Shown one piece after another: positions 53,231 to 64,000 of a stretch of DNA of 64,000 bases; the first letter of the stretch is position 1; every line of letters begins with the position of its first letter. The stretch is from Eledone cirrhosa. Taxonomy: Eukaryota. The stretch is from positions 23,312,001 through 23,376,000 of the forward strand of contig OZ024757.1 of NCBI GenBank assembly GCA_964016885.1, read 5' to 3'. The position numbers were made by a program, and so were the translations under genes. The notes below the pieces were generated by a model. It saw nothing but the letters and a program-made list of their open reading frames with translations. It was not told the origin of the DNA and did no database searches.

Positions 53231-53759
53231 TATTCCTGTAAAAGTCGGACTTTTTACACCATTTTTGAAGGTTAAATTTATGGGGTCAACTATTACATGG
53301 AAACTACTTTTGAGGGGCTTGGAATTCCAGCTAGAATCCAAAGTACCATATCAGTAGCAGAAGCCCCACTGATCCCCAAATGAATAAAAACAAAAACACA
53401 ATGAATTACAGTAATATTACTGATTCTATGCATGTCCTGGTATATACACACATCGTGGTATATAACAAAGTCCATAAACAGACATGTTTGGGTAAATTTC
53501 TAGTTAGTTCTCGACATGTATTTGCAATACTTTATGTTAGAATAATGATGATTTTGTAACAGCATTATTTCAACATTAGAATGATACTTTGACCCACAAA
53601 TATTGACCTGTTATCTGTGAAATGACTTTTATATGAGGTCTATAGATAATTCTTGATTTTTTTTGTGAAAAATAAGAGGATTTTTACACGAGATCGACTA
53701 TTACTTGAATATATATTGTATTTATATAAGATGGTCTAGTGACTTGTGGAACACCTTTT

Positions 53760-54180
53760 ACAGGGCAAGTATAGGTGTAGTGGACAGCAATAGAATTGCT
53801 AAAGACAGTGCTGCCTTTGGGAGGCTCTGTGACAATGTATGAAAATGGCTGAGACTCAGCCTCACTACCAAGCAGTAGTGTTCACTACCTTTCTCTATGC
53901 CAGTGAGACCAAGACTGTCTACAGCAGGAATGCTAAACAGCTCAACCATTTTTATTTGAGCTGCCTCCACAGATTTCTCCACATCCAGTGGCATGACAAA
54001 GTCCCAGACTCCAAGGTCCTACACTCACTGTATCCACACTCTCCCTACAGAAGATCCAAGTCAGATGGACAAGTCATGTGAGAATGTCTGACAGCAGGCT
54101 ACTGGAACAACTACTGTATGGAGAGTTGAGCCAGGGCAGATGCTGAGTTGGTGGACAGAAGTAACATTTAAAAGACAATT
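53760..54180 (+). pseudogene. RTE-BovB-like LINE remnant (third RTE lineage)
   Basis: NRIAKDSAAFGRL..FLYASETKTVY..QLNHFYLSCLHRFLHIQWHDKVPDSKVL..RWTSHV..MSDSRLLEQLLYGELSQG. Confidence 0.8.
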
Positions 54181-54191
54181 TAACTTTTAGC

Positions 54192-54628
54192 TCAGTGTTT
54201 CCCAACCTTTTTCATGCCCGCACCCCTAAAAAATTTTAGTATGTTCTCATGCCCCTTAAAAAAATAATAATTTATTTTAGGATAAAGAAGACGAATTAAT
54301 ACTAAATCTGAGCAACAAATTTATATAATCTAATTTTTTGATAATGTGTAAACAAAAATGAAACATGGAAAAGAAAAATTATTATAATAAATTAAAATTT
54401 GAAAAAAATCCTAAAAAAGAATTAAATTATCTTTCATGCATGAAATTTATAAAATAAAAAGTTTAAAAATAAACGTTCATAAGTGAAGTTAAATTTAATG
54501 ACACTTTTATTCCTGTTTCTTGGTTATGAGCTTTTCAAAACATGGCACGTTATTGCTAATACAATAATACTATCAATAAAAAACAAAATACTGAAATGCT
54601 ATCTTACACCCTTGGTTGGGAAACCATG
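54192..54628. mobile_element. hAT (Charlie-like) MITE
   Basis: TIRs cagtgtttcccaacc / ggttgggaaaccatg. Confidence 0.6.
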
Positions 54629-54985
54629 TTTTAACTGCTTTATAGTTGCCCTCATTTTTCACATCTTATTTATACTTCTTTTACTTCTCATGATCCTTCT
54701 CTTTCTTGTTTTTGTATCTTAACTGTAAAGGTTACTAGATACCTCCCCCAGTCTGCCATGGCTTGTAAGCTCTGTATTGATGTTTAAATTGATTAAACAA
54801 ATAGTTAAATAAATAAATAAGAGGTGATGAAAATTTAAGGGAAATGAAATGAAACTGAAATATAAATCAAAATCCACTTTGAATATGTTTTTTAAAATAT
54901 AAAAGGAGTACTTCAGTTTATATCAGAGATGATTCCGGTATTTTCCACTGGTGTTTCTTAATGGCAAATAAATAGTTTGTTTCTC

Positions 54986-55030
54986 ACTTACCTGAAATGA
55001 AAAAAAAAAGAAAGTAAAAATAATTTTCAA
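54986..55030 (-). promoter_or_regulatory. Juxtaposed 3' and 5' splice sites (candidate recursive splice / ratchet point)
   Basis: Minus strand tttttactttcttttttttttcatttCAG|GTAAGTgag; junction between 54992 and 54991. Confidence 0.55.
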
Positions 55031-55489
55031 AGTTACATTAATCATCATCATCATCAACATTATTTAACGTCCATGTTCCCTGCTAGCAAGGATTGGACCA
55101 AATAATAAATATAGAAATTCAAGTATCATACTGCACAGATATTGCCTCACCCTGAAGAAATTACAGTTTAATTAGAAACAACCACCAAGTATTAAAGATC
55201 AATATGTCACTTCAAATGTTATATCTATATTATATATACAACACCATCATCATCGTTTAACATCTATTTTCTACGCTAGCATGGGTGAGATAGGTTGGTT
55301 CCATGAGAGGCAAGTTGAGTCAGGTGACCGTGTCTCGCTCATATAGGACTGTTTCTGGCTTGGTGCCCTTCCTAGCGCCAACCACATTACAGTGTGAGCT
55401 GGGTACTTTTTGTGATACCAACATAACTTTACAGGGTAAGGGTGGTGTGGGCAGAAGTGGGAGGGTGGTGTAGGAGTTATATATAGATA

Positions 55490-55698
55490 TATAACGAAGG
55501 AAATGTGGTAAGGAACCAGGTGGACCATAACGCACCAAAGTACTCAATACTTAGGATAGTAGAGTGGGTAATAGGAACGAGTAAGACCCCGACGGCTGAG
55601 CTCAAGCCGTTTCGATGGCTAATTCTGGACTAATTTTAGTCAAGAATTAGCCGTCGAAACGGCTTGAGCTCAGCCGTCGGGGTCTTACTCGTTCCTAT
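55490..55698 (-). mobile_element. PLE-like terminal repeat ending in a 63-bp-arm fold-back containing a half hammerhead
   Basis: 55571-55633 vs 55636-55698 inverted (2 mismatches); GAAAC ggct-tgagctc-agcc GTC gggg; shares gtactcaatac with the 45328/56897/59301 family. Confidence 0.7.
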
Positions 55699-56064
55699 AT
55701 AGATATATACTATCATCATCATCATTGTCGTTTTGACGTCCACTTTCCCTGTTAAATTATGTGTATTTTGAACAATGAAAGCAAAACAAATGTCAAGTGT
55801 AGGTTGTTAAGAGCACTTCATAGTCTAACGATTGTTTCAGAGGGCTGATTCATTATGATGAATCAAATAATCGAACACCAGGTAGTGGTTACATCAACAC
55901 TTATTTGTAATGCTGATATTCAAGATCATTCACTCCAGCTTCCTCAGAAAGAATGAAATTCAATTTTCATTTACTCTCATCACCTGATCTCTTTGGAATT
56001 ATTACTTCTAGACTTTATGGAGCTCTAACAACATTATTGGCTATACCTTAGACAGGTAGATACC

Positions 56065-56532
56065 AGAGAGAGTGTGTGTGTGTGTGAGTGAGAGAGTGTG
56101 TGTGTGTGTGTGGTGTGTGTGCGTGAGTGACAGAGAGAGTGAGTGAGAGAGTGTGTGTGTGTGTGGTGTGTGAGTGACAGAGAGAGTGAGTGAGTGAGTG
56201 AGTGAGTGAGTGAGTGAGTGAGTGAGTGAGTGAGTGAGTGAGTGAGTGAGTGACAGAGAGAGTGAGTGAGTGAGTGAGTGAGTGAGAGTGTGTGTGTGTG
56301 TGGTGTGTGTGTGCGTGAGTGACAGAGAGAGTGAGTGAGAGAGTGTGTGTGTATGTGGTGTGTGGTGTGTGTGCGTGAGTGACAGAGAGAGTGACAGAGT
56401 GAGTGAGTGAGTGAGTGAGTGAGTGAGTGAGTGAGTGAGTGAGTGAGTGAGTGAGTGAGTGAGTGAGTGAGTGAGTGAGTGAGTGAGTGAGTGAGTGAGT
56501 GAGTGAGTGAGTGAGTGAGTGAGTGAGTGAGT

Positions 56533-56592
<60 letters not shown>

Positions 56593-56896
56593 GTGAGTGA
56601 GTGAGTGAGTGAGTGAGTGAGTGAGTGAGTGAGTGAGTGAGTGAGTGAGTGAGTGAGTGAGTGAGTGAGCGAGTGAGCGAGCGAGCGAGCGAGCGAGCGA
56701 GAGAGCGAGCGAGTGAGTGAGTGAGTGAGTGAGTGAGTGAGTGAGTGAGTGAGTGAGAGTGAGAGAGAGAGTGGAGAGAGTGACAGAAAGAGTGACAGAG
56801 TGAGTGACAGAGTGAGTGATAGAGAGAGAGAGTGTGTGTGGTGTGTGTGTGTGTGCGCATGTGTGTGCGTGTGTGTGTGTGTATGTGCGTGCGTGC
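56065..56896. repeat. (GAGT)n/(GA)n/(GT)n compound microsatellite
   Basis: Direct reading. Confidence 0.97.
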
Positions 56897-56975
56897 ATCC
56901 TGGATTCAATCGGGGGTAACCACAGTAAGTAAGGTACTCAATACATAGCAGAGTATAAATATTTAATATAGAAAT

Positions 56976-57030
56976 GGCTTCTACAGGACTAGAACTGTTT
57001 CATTATTCGGAGGAAATCATCAGGAAAGCC
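56976..57030 (-). ncRNA. Hammerhead fold, paralogue of 45416-45466
   Basis: ggctttc CTGATGA tttcctccgaataat GAAA cagttctagtcctG TA gaagcc; stem II imperfect. Confidence 0.65.
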
Positions 57031-57234
57031 CAGATGATTTCCTCCGAATAATTAAACAATTACACCGCACTTGTTAGATAACACTCAGTACAAGTTCAAT
57101 ACACGGCAATCTATACACACACTCTTAGGGTCCACTTTACATAAAGATTTGTTACAGCATGGTAGCAACACACCACCACCATTGCTTCTCACTCTCTCTC
57201 TCTCTCTTTCTCTCTCCCTTTCTCTCTCTCTCTC

Positions 57235-57775
57235 TTGATGATGATAATTACAATGATGATAATGATGATGAAGGGATTGGTGATGAGAAAGATGATGATG
57301 ATGATAATGATGATGGTGGTGGTGGTGGTGGTGATGATGTGACAGTGATGGTGATGATGGTAATGATGATGATGATGATGGTAGTAGTAGTGGTGGTGGT
57401 GGTGATGTGACAGTGATGGTGATGGTGATGATGATGATGATGATGGTAGTGGTAGTGGTGGTGGTGATGATGTGACAGTGATGGTGATGATGGTAGTGGT
57501 GGTGATGATGTGACAGTGACGGTGATGACGGTGATGATGATGGTAGTAGTAGTAGTGATGATGTGACAGTGATGATGATGATGGTGATGGTGATGATGAT
57601 AATGATGATGGTAGTAGTAGTAGTAGTAGTGGTGATGATGTGACAGTGATGGTGATGATTACAATGGTAATGGTAGTGATGATGATGATGATGATAATTA
57701 TGACCATCACCATCATCATCATCATCACCACCACCATCACCACCACCACCATCACCATCATCATTGTGATCATGG
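57235..57775. repeat. (GAT/GGT)n tract switching to (CAT/CAC)n at ~57697
   Basis: Direct reading. Confidence 0.9.
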
Positions 57776-58001
57776 TGATTCTACTGACTCCTGTACCACC
57801 TTTTCTTTGAAGAGAAGAAAACAGGTTTGTTTCTGTGTAAGATAATCCTGTCATTAAGTTTCACACATGCTAAAAAGTACTTTACACATCAAAGGGTTAA
57901 AATCGATTTGGTGGCAGAACATCGATTTGGTGGCACCATTCTTCTTATACTCTCTACCCCCTTAAACAGAGCAAATGGTCATTTATTTATATATAAATTC
58001 A

Positions 58002-58048
<47 letters not shown>

Positions 58049-58149
58049 TGTATATTTATATATATATATACTGTATATATATATACTGTATATATATACT
58101 GTGTATATATATATAAATATCAGGATTAAAACAGTAGTAAACCAGTCCA

Positions 58150-58210
<61 letters not shown>

Positions 58211-58216
58211 TATAAA

Positions 58217-58261
<45 letters not shown>

Positions 58262-58335
58262 GTATATATATATACACACACATATATATATACACACATG
58301 TTTATATATAAATATACACCCACGTTTATATTTAT

Positions 58336-58368
<33 letters not shown>

Positions 58369-58479
58369 CACACATACACATATATATATATACACACATG
58401 TTTATATATATATACACACACACACATATATATATACACACATATATATACACACATGTTTATATATATATATATACAT

Positions 58480-58510
<31 letters not shown>

Positions 58511-58809
58511 CACACAGATGATAAATTGAATAAGAAGATAACCAGGAGGCACCACCAATAAGTTTTGGCTGACATTAAACTGTATTAACCCTTTACAGAA
58601 ACTCTAAGATGTAAAGATAGTGGGCTGCTGTGCTATATTGTTCTCAGTAAATCAAAGACACACATAAATACAGACACTGTGTAAAGTAAGTAAAAGTAGA
58701 AACAGAAGAGTTAAAGGATATATTTTAGTTGGAGTAAGTCTTTGCAGGTGATCACACACACACATGTAGTAAATATACGAATATAACATGTATGTATGCT
58801 TTATCGGTC

Positions 58810-58934
<125 letters not shown>

Positions 58935-58936
58935 AT

Positions 58937-59242
58937 ATCATCATCATCATTTTACGTCTGCTTTTCCCTGCTTGCAAGGGTGGGACGGGAACTGATTCTG
59001 GCTTGATTTCTACAGCTGGATGCCCTTCCTAACACCAACCTCATTTACAGTGAGTAGTGGGTGCTTTTTTTGCCATGACACCTCCACGACCACTTTCCAG
59101 TGAGTGCTGGGTGCTTTTTTACCGTGGCACCTCCACGGCCACTTTGCTGGGGTCCCTGTCATCTCATTTCTGCAGCTGAGTAAACTGGAGCAATGTGAAA
59201 TAAAGTGTCTTGCTCAAGACACTTTATTTCACATTGCTCCAG

Positions 59243-59244
<2 letters not shown>
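58937..59244 (-). mobile_element. SINE family A, 5'-truncated with terminal fold-back
   Basis: Family A tail; 59183-59212 inverted at 59215-59244. Confidence 0.85.
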
Positions 59245-59302
<58 letters not shown>

Positions 59303-59614
59303 TCTGAATTCAATTGGGGGTAACCACAGTAAGTAAGGTACTCAATACATAGCAGGAAACTGGGTACTTTTTTAATGGCACCAGCATTACCACCTTATAG
59401 GGTATACTGAGTGTTTTTTGTTATGGCAACAGAAAAAAAAGCTTGTGTAAGAGGATGACTAAGAAAAACGTAGTGATCTCAAAAACTGAACCTTACATAT
59501 GAGATAACAAAGAAAAGAAACAAGTGAGGTGACACTGTATTGGAGAGGACTTGTCTAATCTATGCAAGCATGGAAAAATATACATAAAAACAATGACAAT
59601 GATGATTTCAAAGT

Positions 59615-60080
59615 AGAAATCTGTTGACAAAAGGTTTCTTCCTCCAAATTAAAGGCCAACTGTATATCAACTGTGTGCAAAGAGCTATGCTGCATGGCTC
59701 TGAAACATAGGCAGTGACTGCAGAGATTATGCACAGGCTGGATAGAAATGAAGTAAGTACATGTCAATAGATATGCAATGTTAATAGTGTGAGAACCACA
59801 GAGCTAGGATGAACTGAGAGAAAAACTGAGTATAAGAGGAATCCGAGGTTGTGTGCAAGAAAGACGACTGCATTGGTATATATGGTCTACATGGATGGTG
59901 ATTGCTGGGTGAAGAAGGCCAAGAAATCTCAGTGGAAGCAAGCTGCAGTAGATCTCACATCTCAGATCACTGAAACTCACAGAAGAAATGACAAATGACC
60001 GAAATGTATGGACAGAAGCAATGCTTAAAAGGATCCATCCAACCCATGCAAGCATGGAAAAGAAGACGTAAAAAGCGATG
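59615..60080 (+). mobile_element. Old RTE (family 2-like) 3' remnant
   Basis: Decayed [39 protein letters not shown]; tail acccatgcaagcatggaaaagaagacgtaaaaagcgatg. Confidence 0.7.
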
Positions 60081-61439
60081 AAATTTGATCTCATATCATG
60101 GTGACAGAGAATTAACATACTTATATTATCAATCATTACATTTCTATTGTTAAATAGTAATCCGAAATATTAGGAAAGAAACAACATCAACAAAAATAAA
60201 ACAAACATTACCAGGTAACTGAATTTTTTGTCATCTTCATCTAAGCATCCCTTTTGCATTGTTTAGCCTTATACCACTTTCCACATTATATATCATATAC
60301 AATGCTTCAAGCAAACTGCAACATTTTATCAAATAGTAATAAAATTAAAAAAATATAAAGACCTTATCATCATCATTTTAACGTCTGTGTTCCCTGTTAG
60401 CAAGGGTTGGATGGGTCTATATATACCAAGTCAGTAATGAAGTAGGGCTACTGGTCTCCCAGATAAGCCAGGGATCTTTTGTCTTGCTTATGTATGGTCT
60501 CACATTCTACTAAGTGCACAGGGAAGGTTGTTATGTCTTTAACTCTGACCTAACTGAAAGGTCCTCTCAACCCTTTGTTTGGCAAGATTTCTATGGCTGG
60601 ATGCCCTTCCTAGCAGCAACCACTAAGTGCATTTATCATGTAGGTCACCAACACTGGGGAGGCTGCTATGTCCTTGATATGATTTAAAGGTCCACCTGAC
60701 CCTTTGTTTGGCAAGCTTTCTATGGCTAAAGCTATGTTTTTCTTTTCAGCAAATATAGAAGAGAAAAACTAAATTACTATTATATAAGTGATATGTAAAT
60801 TAGATAATAGATATCACCAATATGGATTTTGTATAACATGTGAGTGGTTAAGAAGAAAACAAATTCCATGAATGACTTGGATGTTTCTGGTAGAATGTTA
60901 GAACCTAAACAAAGGAAGTAGTGTTTGAGAATAACTAAAGCCAGATATCTCCAGAAGGCATAGATAGCTTGAACCAGGCATTTAGATTGAATTAGAAATA
61001 TTGGAATTTCTTCAATGACCACATAGAAATCCAGCTTAGTGGAATGAATTTCCAGCAGAAGCTGGTGAAATAAAATGATTAAGTAATATATAGTTGGTTG
61101 TGAATCGATGGAGACAACAGGGGTTAACAATATTACATTGTTAGGGTCTGAAGAAAATTTTGGACATTCTAGAATTGTTATGAAGAAATCTCAGAGAAAT
61201 ATGATTAAAATAATTAAGTAGAAGAGAATATTTTTATATTTATACATGTATGCGTGTATGTGTGTGTATATATATATATATGGTTTCTCTGGCGACCAGC
61301 TCGAGGCATGATCGATGTGATGATCGAACCTGACTCTGAAAATTGCAAGGTCCTCAGATATGTCTTGATTCTACGAAGCAGATTTTCCTAGTGTTCATAG
61401 GGCCTACCGCATACGGACGTTTTAAGCATCCAACACCAG

Positions 61440-61475
<36 letters not shown>

Positions 61476-62796
61476 ACCTTATCTTTCTCTGTCCCTCTCC
61501 TTATACTTTCTCTACACCCATATATGGTAAGCATCAAAACCTTCGCCTAAAGATATTACTTGCAATATGACATATGATTGTTGGCATTACACCAGGATGG
61601 TCATATATATATATATATATATATATACAAATGGAAGTTCAGTAGAATCAAAGCTCTGGCTACAGCCAAGCTAACGAATGCAATTCGTAATGTGCAGCTA
61701 AGCACTCAATAAGGTAGTTTCACTTTAGAGTAATAACATTACGTTTAGACAGCTTGACTAATTGAAGACTGTGACCGGTGAGCCAGCCGCAAGGACCAAA
61801 GCAATGAGAAAACCAACTCAGGATAATTTGACAAACCTGGGCCATCCCGTCGATATTAAGCAATATCTCCGGTAGGTTTCTGTGAATCCAAATTCAACAA
61901 ATCAACTTGCGGGGTATGCAAGTTATTGGTTTTGGATGATCGAACAGAGGGTTCACTTTCTCAACAGGTTTCCGTTCAATGCCGCAGTCGGGTGTGAATT
62001 ATAGCAGTAAGACTGCTGGCGGTCACATGGTTTTCCCAAGGGGAGGTAACCCCGGTTTTGGTGGTCGAAATTCAAATTTTGAACAAAGGAATAAATTCCT
62101 TTCCACAAACCGAATAAAGCTCTTGACCAGACGTTATTAAACAAACATAAAATATTAACCAATCAATAGAATTGTCTAATTAAATTAATTAATTAATCGT
62201 TAATATATATATATATGAAATAGAGTAAAGACAGTTACGTTTGCATAATTGTTTTATTGTATAATGCATATTTAAATGACATTTTGATCAGTAATCATGT
62301 AATGATTACATCATTAATAGGCCCCATGTGATATTATCAGATGTCTCATACAATTATGTGAAGTAGTTATGCTGCTATGTTGATATGCCAGTGGTCAGAT
62401 ATTACCATCCTGGTGTAATGCCAACAATCATATGTCATATTGCAAGTAATATTGCATGGTAGTGATATCTGGGCAGTAAATGCACACTTACAGGACACAT
62501 TCAACAGTGCATATTATATTACATAGTAATGAGACGGACAACAAATGCACACTAATACTACACATTCAGTGGTGCATGATACATTTGTTTCTCTTCCAGA
62601 TTTCACATATTCCATCCGAGACCATCCCATCTTATTGAAATTTTGTGCTATCATGTGTGTAATAATATGAACTCCTTCATGGTTATAATTTAAATTTGAA
62701 CACTTTCACTCTTAACTGTAATAATTTAGCAGAAAATATCTAAAAATGGGTTGGGTTAATTCATATGATCGTTAATAGTATTTTTACTAATGAAAA

Positions 62797-63168
62797 TTGT
62801 GAAAATTTGCAGTATTAAAGTAAGGAATTCAGTATTTAATATGATATAGTCGTAGTGCTGTTTTGTACTAAATGTTTATAGTATCTTTACAAGTAGACAG
62901 ATCATTGTGAAAATTTGCAGTATTAGAGTAAGGAATTCAGTATTTAATATGATATAGTCGTAGTGCTGTTTTGTACTAAATGTTTATAGTATCTTTACAA
63001 GTAGACAGATCGTTTGTGAAAATTTGCAGTATTAGAGTACGAAATTCAGTATTTAATATGATATAGTCGTAGTGCTGTTTTGTACTAAATGTTTATAGTA
63101 TCTTTACAAGTAGACAGATCATTGTGAAAATTTGCAGTATTAGAGTAAGGAATTCAATATTTAATATG
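62797..63168 (+). repeat. 108-bp tandem repeat, ~3.4 near-identical copies
   Basis: ttgtgaaaatttgcag at 62797, 62905, 63014 and 63122. Confidence 0.92.
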
Positions 63169-63169
63169 A

Positions 63170-63597
63170 AAAACTGCATTTTTTCAGCTTTTTGGGGTTT
63201 TTTTGTGGCGTTACGTCAGACCAATTTCCTTGAAATTGTAACTATGTATTAGTCAGTCTCTTCTTCATACCGTGAGCAAAGAAAATCCAACTTTTGTATG
63301 GTGAAAAACTTCATTTTTTTCAGCTTTTTAGGGCTTTTTTGAGGCGTTACGTCTAGCCGATTTTCCCGAAATTTCAAGGCATATTATGCACATAAAAAAA
63401 ATTCATTTTCTTGATCCCCTAGGGCCCGCATTAGGTAAAAACCTGCATTTTTCCTGCTTCATCGAGGATAATCTTAAAGATTATCCAGCCATCAGAATAT
63501 TCAGTTTATTTTCTTTACATATTGTCCAGGCATGCAGTTTTTCCACGATTAGGTCTGTTGGCGGCCCGTGTTCCAAAATACCGGGTACTACTGCTAG
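63170..63597 (+). mobile_element. Helitron 3' end
   Basis: Subterminal hairpin cccg..cggg then tactactgCTAG|T; internal ~130-bp duplication. Confidence 0.6.
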
Positions 63598-63601
63598 TAT
63601 G

Positions 63602-63678
<77 letters not shown>

Positions 63679-64000
63679 ACGGATGGTCAGTGAGTCAGCT
63701 GGCTGGCCGGATGGCTGGATAGAAGCAAACAGACATAAAATCCCAAAGAGGAAGAGCGATGTAAATATTTATATATAAATTGGATGGGGAAAGAAAGAAA
63801 GAAAAATGTTCGAATGAGAGGAAAGCCAGAAACAGAGATTCAGATGTCAGTAAGATCAACTGATAGTAGGGGCCAGGGCCCTTAGATACCTTTTATTAAT
63901 CTATTTATATAGGTTTGCTTTTTTTCTTCTAAAGAGATCATTATTATCAGGAAAAAAAATCATTGTTATCATCATTATTATTAATCCACCACCCGATAAT

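Noticed and set aside
55841-55881. 41-nt plus-strand micro-exon (ctaac..tttcag / gtagtg)
   Set aside because: Weak donor and no supporting neighbouring exons
62270-62320. Further hammerhead on the minus strand (gtaatca/tgattac hairpin)
   Set aside because: Both core boxes deviate at multiple positions; not supportable without a consensus

Overview
AT-rich, repeat-saturated animal genomic DNA, most consistent with an octopod cephalopod. This assignment is inferred from the tRNA-derived SINE families, RTE LINEs with (GAT)n tails and huge (TA)n/(CA)n microsatellites. No host protein-coding gene can be called with confidence, and nearly all ORF-track entries are microsatellite or SINE artefacts. 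The only long real ORF is a 5'-truncated but uninterrupted RTE-clade LINE reverse transcriptase with an internal Cys/His finger (27766-29340, minus). The rest is RTE, CRE and Penelope-like (PLE) remnants, at least four SINE families, a decayed DD37D (maT) transposon, mariner/Tc/hAT/piggyBac-like MITEs, Helitron ends and TE-derived satellites. Four signals stand out. (1) A dense set of short elements, most beside (TA)n tracts, carry type I hammerhead ribozyme folds: six with intact conserved-core nucleotides plus several decayed or half copies, with covarying stems, a recurrent mismatch closing stem II and frequent fold-back duplication. (2) A textbook AG|GTAAGT recursive-splice-like site lies on the minus strand at 54991/54992. 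(3) A covarying pseudoknot-hairpin module is shared by the RTE 3'UTR and a SINE. (4) A TE-derived array carries 15 perfect CRE palindromes. All RNA structures were folded by eye, and repeat boundaries are approximate.
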